A stretch of 64,000 bases of DNA from Chiloscyllium plagiosum (lineage: Eukaryota), in NCBI RefSeq assembly GCF_004010195.1, contig NC_057749.1, positions 25,366,014-25,430,013 of the forward strand, given 5' to 3'. Both the position numbers and the translations under genes were made by a program. Of the stretch, positions 24,245 through 35,378 are shown in pieces. The notes under the pieces were generated by a model, which made no database searches, was not told the origin of the DNA, and worked only from the letters and a program-made list of their open reading frames with translations. The stretch's first letter is position 1, and each line of letters begins with the position of its first letter.

Positions 24245-24364
24245 CTTTTGGCAGACCAAGTTGTTGTAATTCACTTGATAACGATTCACCATCAACACCA
24301 TATTTGGCAGCACTTGACAGAACAAAGTTCAGCACTGCAATGGTTGCCTTTATATCACTGGTTT
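24245..24364 (-). CDS. COMMD4: COMMD4 exon 5
   Basis: 120 nt, [39 protein letters not shown], bounded by ttccag| and |gtatt. Confidence 0.95.
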
Positions 24365-25269
24365 CTGGAATTAGAAATACAAAAATAAGTCTTTGATTTT
24401 TATTTCCAGGAATGTTGACTGTCTTGTGTGCAGCTTTACATAGGTACTCATTCTGCAACAGAAAATCCGGGGGAATTCACATTGTGAAAGGAAAATTGGA
24501 GACTTATGAAATCGAGTTTTTAAAACTCAACAGAAAGCAACACTTGCGATATCCTCATTCAATACAGACTCTCCCACATTAACACGGACATACACATCAG
24601 CTTTTCTCTAGCCAAGTAGATCAGTTCCTTTATGATGTGGAGATGCCAGTGCTGGACTGGGGTGGGCAAAGTCAGAATCACACAACACCAGGTTAGAGTC
24701 CAACAGGTTTATTTAAAATTAGAAAGCTGCTCCTTTGTCAGGTGATGTCACTAATTTTAAATGAACCGGTTGGACTATAACCTGGCGTTGTGTGACAGTT
24801 TCTTTACGCACGTGCTAATTGCAAATCTCATTACTGGTGCAGAGACTGGACGATCAGCAAGTGAATCAATGATAAAATGCCTGAAATGTTTAAAGAAAAA
24901 GAGAGAAAGGGGAAGTCAAAAAGCTAGCATGGAATCAGTGGGCAGATTGGGCCGTAAAAATCCACGATTCAATGCACACATTGGTTCGTTAAATCAATGA
25001 TGCATGTGACTGTTGGATGGGCTAGGTGTGGGCCTGTTAGACTCTGCTGACAATTTAGAATTTGTCACTAAGTCAGCTGGCAGCCCAATTGCACTTGGAC
25101 TGTCAGGATTCCAGGTTCAAATTCCACTTTGGGGTTGAGCACAAAAATCAAGGGTGACGTTGTACAGTAGCATTGAAGGTTTGATGCATTGTCAGAAGTG
25201 CCATCTTTCAGATGAGGTATAAGATGGACACCCCTTTTGTCTGTCTGGGAGGATAGAAATATTCACGGT

Positions 25270-25635
25270 GGTGGTGGGGGGGGCATTAGCCTAGTGGTAT
25301 TATCACTGGACTGTTAATTCAGAGACCCAGGTAACATTCTGGGGACCTGGGTGTGAATCCAGCAACATCAGATGGTGGAATTTGTATTCAATGAAAATCT
25401 GGAATTAGGAGTCTAATGACGACCGTGAATCCACTGTCAACTATCAGGAAGGAATCCATCTGGTTCACTAATATCATTCAGGGAAGAAATCCACTATCCT
25501 TACTTGATCTGGCCTACATGGGACTCCAGACCCACAGTAATGTGGTTGACTCTTACCACCCTCTGGGGGGCAGTTAGCGATGGGCAGTAAATGCAGACAT
25601 AGCCAGCAATGCCCTCAATCTCATGAATGAAGTAA
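25270..25635 (+). mobile_element. Deu-core (SacSINE1-like) SINE
   Basis: tRNA-like head, ggtctggcctacatgtgactccagacccaca core and gggcaataaatgc...tgaatgaa tail. Other copies at 655-885, 4365-4645, 16130-16460, 29060-29585, 48270-48605, 51030-51370 and 61950-62245. Confidence 0.72.
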
Positions 25636-26063
25636 GAACATTTATTTTTAATGTAACTGGCACCAACTCAAAAAAATAGAGTTATATCCCCAATGTTCTA
25701 GCCAATATTTATTCCTTACTTACAATCACAAAAAGAACTTATCTAATCATTATCACTCTTTGTTTTGGGGGCGTTTGCAATGTTTCATGCTTTACAACAG
25801 TGACTATCGTTCAAAACTACTTCATTGCTCTAAACTGCCTTCAGATCATGCACAATGTTACATAAAAATGTAACTCTCCTTTTCCTTTTGCATTGTCACA
25901 TCAACCAGACATTGAGTAACATTTTTTCACCTAATGCATTTACTGTTTAACAATATAATGTGATGCAGCATTATGTTTGCAAGTGCAGCATATTTTCAAA
26001 GCACTTTTTTAAGCATTGCAAAATTGGAGTGGACAGTATGCACAGAAATTTATACAGACTTAC

Positions 26064-26103
26064 CAAACTTAGCATCTGAAGTGAGCTTTGCAACTTTCTC
26101 ATA
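26064..26103 (-). CDS. COMMD4: COMMD4 exon 4
   Basis: 40 nt, YEKVAKLTSDAKF, bounded by ctttag| and |gtaagt. Confidence 0.94.
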
Positions 26104-26254
26104 CTAAAGGGGAGAGACAACAGATAACACATGATTGTTAATACAATGTGGGATTCGTTGTTAATGCAAAAAAAATTCACAAAACATTTGCACAGCTCTT
26201 GTTTACAGGAACATGTACACGATCTGAGTCAAGGCCCAAGCTTGCAAAACTTAT

Positions 26255-27100
26255 ATTGAACTGAATTTATTGTCACGTGTACCAAGGCACAGTGAAAAGC
26301 TTTGTCTTGTGAGCAATACAGGCAGATCACAGAGTTAAATAGTATAGATAGATAAACAGCGACAAAAACAAAGACACAGGTACACTGTACAGGCGAATGG
26401 TAAGAGTTTGCGAGTGCATTCAGTATTCTAACAACAGTAGAGTAGAAACTGTTACAAAACTGGCTGGTGCATGTTCAGGCTTCTGTACCTTCTCCCCAAT
26501 GGTAGAGGCTGTAGAAAAGCATTGCCAGGGTGGGATGGATCATTAAGAATGCTGGTAGACATTCTTAATGATCCTTGACATTGGGCCTGGTAGATGGATT
26601 CTATAGATGGGAGGTTGGCCTTTGTGATTGTCCGGGCTGAGTTCACCACTCTCTGTAACTGTCTCCGATCTTGAATGGTACAGTTGCCATACCAGGTAGT
26701 AAGTCGATTCTGTGTTGCTGGAAACGCACACCAGGTCAGGCAGCATCCGAGGAGCAGGAAAATCAATGTTTTGGGCCGAAGGGTGAAATGTCAACTCACC
26801 TGCTCCTCGGATGCTGCCTGACCTGTTGTGCTTTTCCAGCAACAAACTCTCGACTCTGATCTCCAGCATCTGCAGACCTCACATTCTCCTATGCCAGGTA
26901 GTGATACATCCAGACAGAATGCTCTCGATGGTGCACCTATAAAAGTTGGCAAAGGTATTCTCCATCATGCCAAATTTCCTCAGCTGCCTGAGTTAGAAGA
27001 GACGTTGCTGGGCCTTTGAAACTAGTGGGTCCACATAAAGAGTCCAAGAAACCTTGTTGTGAATGACCACTCCCAGGAGCATGACACTCTCCACTCGGTC
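26255..27100 (-). mobile_element. Rex1-type LINE 3' fragment interrupted by a family B insertion (26703-26890)
   Basis: TTWYGNCT..DRRQLQRVV..ARTITKANLPS, homologous to 58000-58400. Confidence 0.8.
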
Positions 27101-27459
27101 ACCTACGTATTTTGTTGCACATCATGTACATTCTTGCCTTTACAATGGCAGTCCAGTGGTGAACCATTGGCTGAACTTACTACTGAAGGGCTCTTGTAGT
27201 ACAGTGGCAGTGTCCCCACCCGTGGGCCAGAATGCCCAGGTTCAAGCTCCATCTGCTCCCGAGGTGTATGTCTGAACGGTTATTTAAAAGAATTTATGAT
27301 CAGCAGGAAAGTGATTACAAAGCACTGAATTGTTATTATGAATATAGGAGCAGGGGCCATATGGCATTCCACATCATGGCTGATCCACCTCAACACCATT
27401 TTCCCACGGTATTCCCATATCCTTTAATGTCCAGTTTTCGATCGGTGTCTGTCTTGAAT

Positions 27460-27676
27460 GCTATATCTGCTGTAACACGTGTTTTGTTAATGCAAACTCA
27501 CTGTCACACAATTGATGAATTGGGGACACTGTTTCTATAGCACAAACTTTTAAAGTATTGGGTATAACGCGATTCCAGCCCCATTAGCTTAAATGGAGCT
27601 GCTATTACGAAATTTTCTTATAACACGGGGGTTGCACGAGAACGGAATTACCACGTTATAGCTGAGCCGACAGTAC
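27460..27676. mobile_element. Tigger-like DNA transposon remnant
   Basis: Repeated (c)tataacgcg-type subterminal motifs and a right end cgttatagc...cagta. Confidence 0.45.
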
Positions 27677-28841
27677 TGAGCTTGAGCAGTCGCTTTACCT
27701 ATCGCTGTTACACTTTCTAATCGGACATCCTCCACGTTTCCTTTGCTAACCTGGAGATTCACAACAAGTGGTCTCCTCCAGGGTGAGACTGACAGGGTGA
27801 GACAAAACCTGGCAAATGTCCCCTGCTTCCTCCTGTTTGCCGAGAGTTCATCAGCGAAATACAGTCAGAGTTGGGTGAAACTCGAATAGTAAAGGCTGTG
27901 AAAGGTTAGGAGGTTATGTTGACCTATGGCAGGTTTTACATAAAAACAAACAGGAGAAGAACTAGGTCCTTCAAAGTCAAAAATCACACAACATCAGTTT
28001 ATAGTCCAATAGGTTTATTTGGAAGCATTAGCTTTCGGAGCACCGCTCCTTCATTAGGTGGCACAACCTAGTGCTTCCAACTAAACCTGTCAGACTACAA
28101 CCTGGTGTTGTGTGATTTTTAACTTTGCACACCCCAGTCCAACACCGCCATCTCCAAATCATGACTACTATAGGCCCCTCAAGCTTGCTTCACCATGGAA
28201 TAAGATTGTGGCTGATCTGATGTGACCTTCCTGCCTACTTTCCGTAACCCTTAACTCCCTTGTCAATCAAAAATCTATTTAATTCAGGCCTGAATTTATT
28301 CATTGCATCACTGTCTGGATAAAGAACTCCAAACCCTCACAATCCTCAGAGATTTTTTAAAAATCCTCATTTGTGTTTTAAATCAGAGATACCTTATTCT
28401 GAAACTGTGCCCTAGATTTTTCAATAAAGGAAAGCTCAGAGTCTGTCCTGTCAAGGTCCCTTGGAATCTTATGTTTCAAAAGGTCACCTCTCATTTTTTC
28501 TGAACTCCAATGTGTATAAACCCAACCTGCTCAACCTCTCCTCGCGAGACAAACCCTCTGTCCCTTTGTAACCACTAAAGTGGGAGATGGTGAGAAGGGG
28601 GAGAAAAGAGGTGTTTAAAATCATAGCATAAAAACCCCATAAACGTATTCTCCTGCGTGACACAGATGAGGAGAAAGTGAGGACTGCAGATGCCGGGTGA
28701 TGAAGAGAATTCCTGATGAAGGGCTTATGCTCAAAATGTCGACTCTCCTGCTCCTCGGATGCTGCCTGACCGGCTGTGCTGATATTGACGCGGTCCTTAT
28801 AAGACCATAGCAAGTCCTATTATAATGCTTTTTAAACTTAC

Positions 28842-28907
28842 ATCAATTCCATCTCCCAGCAGGTCTTTCAGTACCTGGACACAGAGCAACTTCACTTTCA
28901 CTGAAGA
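28842..28907 (-). CDS. COMMD4: COMMD4 exon 3
   Basis: 66 nt, SSVKVKLLCVQVLKDLLGDGID, bounded by ttctag| and |gtaagt. Confidence 0.94.
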
Positions 28908-29262
28908 CTAGAAGAGAAATCAAAGACTTTTTTAAGAAGAGATGTACAAGCAAAAAAGTAACTCTTAAATCATGCATAGACTATGCATTCTCCCATGAGT
29001 AAGAAATTGCTGGATGCAGAAATGACAGACTGAAATAAGTGAGGTCGTTACATTTCTTTTAAAACTCATGCATGCGATGGCGTCGCGGGCTAGCCCAGCA
29101 TTTATTGCCCATCCGTAAGTGCCCAGAGGGCAGTTGAAAGTCAACCACATTGCTGTGGGTCTGGAGTCACATGTAGGCCAGACCAGCTAAGGATGGCAGC
29201 TTCTTTCCCTGAAGGACATTAGTGACCCAAATGGGTTTTTTTTTTAATAACAATCAACAGTA

Positions 29263-29427
29263 GATTCAAGATACAGAAGTTGCTGGAAAAGCTCAGCAGG
29301 TCTGGCAGCATCTGTGCAGAGAAATCAGAGTTAACATTTCAGGTCCGGTGACCCTTCGTCAGTTCTGAGTTCCAGCAACTTCTGTTTTTGCTTCTGATTT
29401 ACAGCATCTGCAGTCCTTTTGGATTTT
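29263..29427. mobile_element. Family C partially palindromic insertion inside a Deu-type SINE
   Basis: AACAGTA repeats flank it. Minus-strand core CTGACGA-A-GGGTC-ACCG-GACCT-GAAATGTT. Other family C copies near 1800, 11033, 11284, 14221 and 34440. Confidence 0.7.
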
Positions 29428-29888
29428 AACAGTAATTGCCATTAGGCTTTTGCTTTTAATTCCTTTTTTTTAATTGAATTCAAATTTCACCATCTGTCAT
29501 GGTGAGAGGTGAACCCACAGCCTCAGAACATTAGCCTGCGAGTCTGGATTATTAGTCCAGTGACATTACTATTACCACCTCCCCATTTCCAAATATGAAT
29601 TTGTCAATATTATCATTTACCAAAGTGTGCATCTGCACAGTTAGAGTATGTGTGATTTTAGTATTTTAATCCATGTGTCACTTTTCAGCTTGAATAAGAT
29701 CTGGGAAACAAAGGGGAGCAAGTGAAGCGTCAGTTATACAGAGACCTTGCTCAAAGACAGAGACATAATGTCCTCAGTTCTGGGACTGGCACCAGGTCCA
29801 AAGGGTAGAATGACAAGGAGGGGCTGTACAAATTGAGATTGCATCGGCTTAAGTTCAGAAAGCGGAGGAATGATCTAATTGATTCATT

Positions 29889-30388
29889 NNNNNNNNNNNN
29901 NNNNNNNNNNNNNNNNNNNNNNNNNNNNNNNNNNNNNNNNNNNNNNNNNNNNNNNNNNNNNNNNNNNNNNNNNNNNNNNNNNNNNNNNNNNNNNNNNNNN
30001 NNNNNNNNNNNNNNNNNNNNNNNNNNNNNNNNNNNNNNNNNNNNNNNNNNNNNNNNNNNNNNNNNNNNNNNNNNNNNNNNNNNNNNNNNNNNNNNNNNNN
30101 NNNNNNNNNNNNNNNNNNNNNNNNNNNNNNNNNNNNNNNNNNNNNNNNNNNNNNNNNNNNNNNNNNNNNNNNNNNNNNNNNNNNNNNNNNNNNNNNNNNN
30201 NNNNNNNNNNNNNNNNNNNNNNNNNNNNNNNNNNNNNNNNNNNNNNNNNNNNNNNNNNNNNNNNNNNNNNNNNNNNNNNNNNNNNNNNNNNNNNNNNNNN
30301 NNNNNNNNNNNNNNNNNNNNNNNNNNNNNNNNNNNNNNNNNNNNNNNNNNNNNNNNNNNNNNNNNNNNNNNNNNNNNNNNNNNNNNNN
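29889..30388. other. Assembly gap (500 N)
   Basis: N run of round length, followed by a purine-rich low-complexity tract at 30389-30665. Confidence 0.98.
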
Positions 30389-31181
30389 GAGGGAATGTGG
30401 GGGCAGGGAATGGGAGGCTGATGAGGGGTGAGAGGAAGTGACAGTGGGAAGGTGGGGGAAGAAAGGGAGCTGAGGGGGTGTGAAGAAAGAGGTTGGAGGA
30501 GAGTGGACAGGCATAGGGATAATGAGGGAGAGAGTAGGAGAAGGATAGGGATGTGGACATATGGAGAACAAGGAGACAGGATAAAGGAAGTTGTGTGAAT
30601 TGGGAGATGGAAGGAGAAAGGGGCAAAGCAGTGGGAAGGGATGGAGGAGCTGAGGTCAGAGGGTTAGAGATCTCAGTTACTGATCTGAGTTCTATTGTTT
30701 TGTCTCTTAACACATTATCAAAGTTATTTATGCTGTTGCACCATTTCATTTAGAAAAGAATCGTTTCCTCTGGTCTCTAGAGGTTTGTCAGTAAGTGTAA
30801 GGAATCTGGTCGGCATGGACGGGTTGGACCAAAGGGTCTGTTTCCATGCTGTACATCTCTACGACTCTATAACTGATCCACATCCATGTGCCGCTATTTT
30901 GAAATCTAAACTCCAAAATATAGCACGCTTTCCTGGCATTATTTTGAAGAAGAGTCTGAGATTTCTCCCTGTTGCTGGTGGCTATGTTTTGTACATTCCG
31001 GCAACGATTCAGGAGTATTTCTGGGCAGGAAATTTGTGTCATGGTCTTGAAAAGTGCTACATAAAAGCCTTTTTGATTACGTTGTTCTGTACAAAACAAC
31101 AGTTCTCTCTCTCTCTCTCTCCAGACTGCAGACGGGCTGCAATAATCTGTGCTTGGAAGCCTCAAACGTTGAAGGAACAGA

Positions 31182-32117
31182 ATGCCAGAGAAAGACAACG
31201 CCTTCAGCAGCAGCGACAAGACGGGCCACATTTCGAGCGACGTCTGCCGAGACTTCATGCGCAATGTCTGCAAGCGGGGCAAGCGGTGCAAGTTCCAGCA
31301 CCCCGAGGTTAGTGAGGCATCCGAGCTCAGCACGCTGAGTGGGGAGATGCCCCTGGGCAAGGGGGAGGTGCCAGTCTGCCGTGACCACCTGTACGGTGGG
31401 TGCCAGCGCGGCTCCAGGTGCAAGTTCCTCCACTTTGAGAGCAATGGCATTGGCGCTCCCCGCGATAAGAGCTCGCCACCCTTCAGCGACGTCCACGACG
31501 AGTTCGGCCACCTCCTGAAGAGGCGCTGGGCAGAGAGCGTGAGGCCCGATGCCTTTGACCTGGGTGCGCCCCGCCCCTTTCCGGCCGACTACCGCTACCT
31601 GGAGGAGGAGAACCTGATGCTGCGCAAGCGGGTGGAGGAGCTCAAGAAGCACGCGTCGACTCTGATGGCTACCAACGAGATCCTGCTGGAGCAGAACGCC
31701 CACTACCGCAGCCAGCCCAAGGTGGTGACGCTGACCAGCACTGCCGCCGGCGAGCAGCTGGTGGCGCCCCCCACCGTGGCCGCCGTCACCGCCTACAACC
31801 ATAGCATCGTGCAGGCCCACAACTCGCTGAGCAGCCAGGCCCTGCAGCCCCGGCAGGAGCTGCCGGTGCCCGCCAGCGCCGGCCCCCCGCCCGCCAGCAC
31901 TGCCCCTCCCCCTCCGCCCGGCCCTCACCTCGCCCCCGAGCTGGCCTTGGCCCAGACCATCGCCCAGGGCATGGCCGCCACGCCCGTCTCCATGGCGGCG
32001 GTCACCGTTTCCATCACGCAGCCCATCCCCGGCATCACCATGAGCCACGCCACGACGCCGATGGTCAGCTACGCCCTGGCCTCTCAGAGCATGGGGATTA
32101 CCCCGATCCCGCACTGA
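31182..32117 (+). CDS. ZC3H10: ZC3H10-like CCCH zinc finger protein (two fingers), single coding exon
   Basis: 311 aa. Fingers CRDFMRNVCKRGKRCKFQH and CRDHLYGGCQRGSRCKFLH, coiled coil YRYLEEENLMLRKRVEELKK...TNEILLEQNA, C-terminus GITMSHATTPMVSY...ITPIPH. Strong GC3 bias and CpG richness. (CT)n-ccag acceptor ends at 31124. Confidence 0.88.
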   Translation: MPEKDNAFSSSDKTGHISSDVCRDFMRNVCKRGKRCKFQHPEVSEASELSTLSGEMPLGKGEVPVCRDHLYGGCQRGSRCKFLHFESNGIGAPRDKSSPPFSDVHDEFGHLLKRRWAESVRPDAFDLGAPRPFPADYRYLEEENLMLRKRVEELKKHASTLMATNEILLEQNAHYRSQPKVVTLTSTAAGEQLVAPPTVAAVTAYNHSIVQAHNSLSSQALQPRQELPVPASAGPPPASTAPPPPPGPHLAPELALAQTIAQGMAATPVSMAAVTVSITQPIPGITMSHATTPMVSYALASQSMGITPIPH

Positions 32118-32933
32118 GGGGGACCATATCGTGAAGAATTCCGTTCCAGCTCCTTGTGATGTGTTCCGTTTTACCCAGTTGGCTTAATTGCAAACTTTGA
32201 TTCCCACAACGTGAAACATAGCATTCCAGTCTGCCGGATCTTGTTGCGTTTGAACCCTGGTCTTACCCTACTGTAAACATCAGAAGGGCTAAGAGAATTG
32301 ACAACTCCACGCTCGTTGCCACAAGATTTGCCTATCCTGTCCTTGATTTGTTGGCGGTGAGGTCCTGCCAATAGAGTCCCCATTGGTCATGCAGTTGAAC
32401 TGGACGCTGTTGAAAACAGCCAGCAAAGAGAGGGAGGGGGCAGTATCTTATCTCCGTGTCCCAACATCCAGAGTCCTCCATATTACCACAACTGGCTGAC
32501 AAGCCTGTAACCTGTGCAATACGATGACCGTGCGGAATTTGTGTACTTCCTATTGGATTTTTGAAAACTCTGTATGTACAGTTCCATCACTCTAACCTGT
32601 GGCTTACGAGATTTTAGTTCGTGTAATCGTTGGCACCCAGCTTCAGAGAGAAATTCCTTTGTCAAGCTCTTGTGTTTAATTTAAAACGAGTTCAGTGCTG
32701 GTTAAGGTGCAAAGTGTTAGTTCTCCTTGAGCGACTGAGACTTCTCTCGAAAGTTTCCGCCTCTATATTCCACCGCTTTTCAGGATCCAGTTGCGAAAGT
32801 GAACCCCAAATTTCAGGATTTAGGTGATGACTTTGTAAATTCTGCAAAAGGTTAGTAAGAATCTCACCTGCAAAAAAAAAAGAGCATGAACTGTCTGTGA
32901 CTTTTGCCCAAATGGTTTAAAGTTTCCTCCTTC

Positions 32934-32939
32934 AATAAA
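32934..32939 (+). terminator. Polyadenylation signal of ZC3H10-like gene
   Basis: AATAAA about 820 nt after the stop, with a downstream T/GT-rich tract, near the end of a repeat-free 3' region. Confidence 0.6.
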
Positions 32940-33149
32940 TCTTGTAATTTGCTTTAAAAGTTGTTTTTCTCAGTGTCTTAACTGATGGCATTCAACTTTT
33001 AGACCATTGTGGAGAAGACAGGTTTGGATTTGGTTGAAACAACTATCTGCTCGCTATTTGTAAGACTGTTTTGTAAGCAGTGTGTCTCACCTCCTTGTAA
33101 GGCATCTTGTACTCCAGTTATCAGTGACCTAAATCACGCAATTTCTACT

Positions 33150-35378
33150 TGATGTGGAAACCCGTTATTAACCCACTAGCTAAAGGGAATTATCGTGAAA
33201 TGACGGTAGAGTTAGCTCGAGTGGATTGGGCATTAGTGACAGTAAGCAAGCAGTGGCAGGCATGTAAGGAGGTAATTCATGACTCAGCAGAAATATATCG
33301 CAGCAAGGAGAATAGATTCAATGAGTGGGACAAACCAACCATAACAAACCCAGGAGGTTTAGGAGGGTATTAAGTTGAAAACAAACCATATAAGGAGACC
33401 AAACTCAGCGATAGCCCTGAAGACTCGCATAAATTCAAAATCCAGCAAAGGAGGACTTAAAAAGATGGGAGAAAGTAAACTGCGATGGCCACCTTGTGAG
33501 GAATATTGAACTAACAATAAGAGCCTCTTTAAATATACGAGGCAAAAGAGAGAGGTCAAAGTGAACAGAGGCTCTTTAGAAAATGAATCTGTGGCGATGG
33601 TCTTGGGCAGAGGAACTAGGCAGATATTTTGCATCAGTCTATATATTGGAAGGTACTTTGAATATCCCACTAATACTAAAGGACATGGATGAAATTAAGT
33701 GCCATCTCTGTCACTAAAGAAGTATTGACCAAACCAATGATTCTAGAGGTAGATAGCATGCAACCGAGGATCCTAAAGGAGGTAGCTACGGAGATAGTGG
33801 GTGCATTGGTTATAACTTTACAAAACTTGTTGAATTTTAAGAGAATTGGAAAACTGCCAATATGACAACGCTGTCCAAAAAGGGCTGGAGGCAAAAGGTG
33901 AGTAACTGTGGCCAATTAACCTAACATGTATTTTTTGAAAAATATTAAAATCAACTGTTAAAGAAGTAATAGCAGAACATTTGGAAAATCATAATTGAGC
34001 CGAGTCAGCATGGCTACATGGGAGGGAAATTGTGCCTGACTAATTTATTAGAGTTTCTCAAGGGAGTCTCAACCAGAGTGGATAGAGGGGAACCAGAAGA
34101 TGTGTTGTATTTTGATTTAGAAGGCATTCTATAAGGTACCTCACAAATGGTTTAGGCATAAGATAGGAGCCCTTGGTGTCGGAGGTAGTGTATTGATTTG
34201 GGTGGAAAATTAACTCACGGGCAGGAAATAGCGAGTGGGGGGAAAAGGGTTCCTTTTCAGGTTGGCAACCTGGGGAAGCCGTCAGGTTCTACAGGAGTCG
34301 TACAGGGACTGCAACTGTTGGAGAAGAAGTTAATGTTCTGGAGGAAGGAAGTGAATGTACTACAGACAACACAAAAATATGTGGGACGGCAGGTTGTGGG
34401 AAGGATACAAACAGTTTATGGAGAAAAACTAAAAGAGTTGCAAATGCTATAAATCAGAAACAACAACAGAAGTTGCTGGAAAAGCTCAGCATGTCTGGTA
34501 GCATCTGTGGAGAGAAATCAGTTCACATTTCGGGTCCGGTGACCCTTCTTCAGAACGGTTTACAGAGAGATATTGATCGGTTAAGTAAATGGGCATAAAG
34601 TTAGCGCATAATGGAGTATAATGTGGAAAAAATATGAAGTTCATTTCGGTAGGGCGAACAAAAGAACAGAATATTATTTAAATGGCGAAAAAGTGTAGCA
34701 CAGAGGGACTACTTGTGCAGAAAGTTCGCACATGGGTACAGCAGGTAATTGGGAAGACTAATGGAATGTTGGACCTTATTTCAAAGGGGTTGGAGTATAG
34801 AGTAGGGAAGTCTTACTGCAACTGTACAAGGAGCTGGTGAGACCACAACTGGAGTACTGTGAGCAGCATTTGGTCCCCTTATTTAAGGAAAGATAATTTC
34901 ATTGGAGGTAATTCTGAGAAGGTTCACTAGACTGATCCCTGGTATGGAGGGATTGTCTTATAAATAGGTTGGGACTCTACTCATTGGGGTTTAGAAGAAT
35001 GAAAGGTCATCCCATTGAAACATATAAAATTCTTAAGGGGCTTGACAAGGTACATACTAAGAGAACATTCTCCTCATGGGAGAGTCTAGGACCTGACAGC
35101 ACAATGTGCAAATTAAGGGGCACCAATTTAATACAGACATGAGATGAGATGGGTTGAGTGTCTTTGGAATTCCTTGCCACAGAGGGCTGGGGTGGGACAG
35201 CGTCCTTGTGTATATTTAAGGCCGAGCTAGATTCTTGATCAGTCAGGAAATCAAGGGTTACAGGGAAAACACAAGAAAGTAGATGTGAGGAACGTCAAAT
35301 TAGCCATGATCCTGTTGAATGGCCGAGCAGGCTTGAGGGGCCAAATGGCCTACTCCTGTTCCTATTTCTTATGGTCTC
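33150..35378 (+). mobile_element. Older degenerate CR1-clade LINE
   Basis: RT-domain remnants (HPRILKEVA.EIV.AL, cagcatgg/SCLTNL-like region, LYK.LVRP.LEYC) and a 3' tail ggccaaatggcctactcctg. Confidence 0.8.

Noticed and set aside
27697-27835. Possible cryptic exon in COMMD4 intron 3 (aaacag| ... |gtaaag)
   Set aside because: Weak polypyrimidine tract, no homology, and exons 3 and 4 already join in frame.
29751-30749. Long ORFs across the N gap
   Set aside because: Artefacts of N translation and low-complexity purine-rich flanks.
31077-32114. 345-aa and 220-aa antisense ORFs over ZC3H10-like
   Set aside because: Expected shadow ORFs of a GC3-rich coding sequence, with no independent motif.
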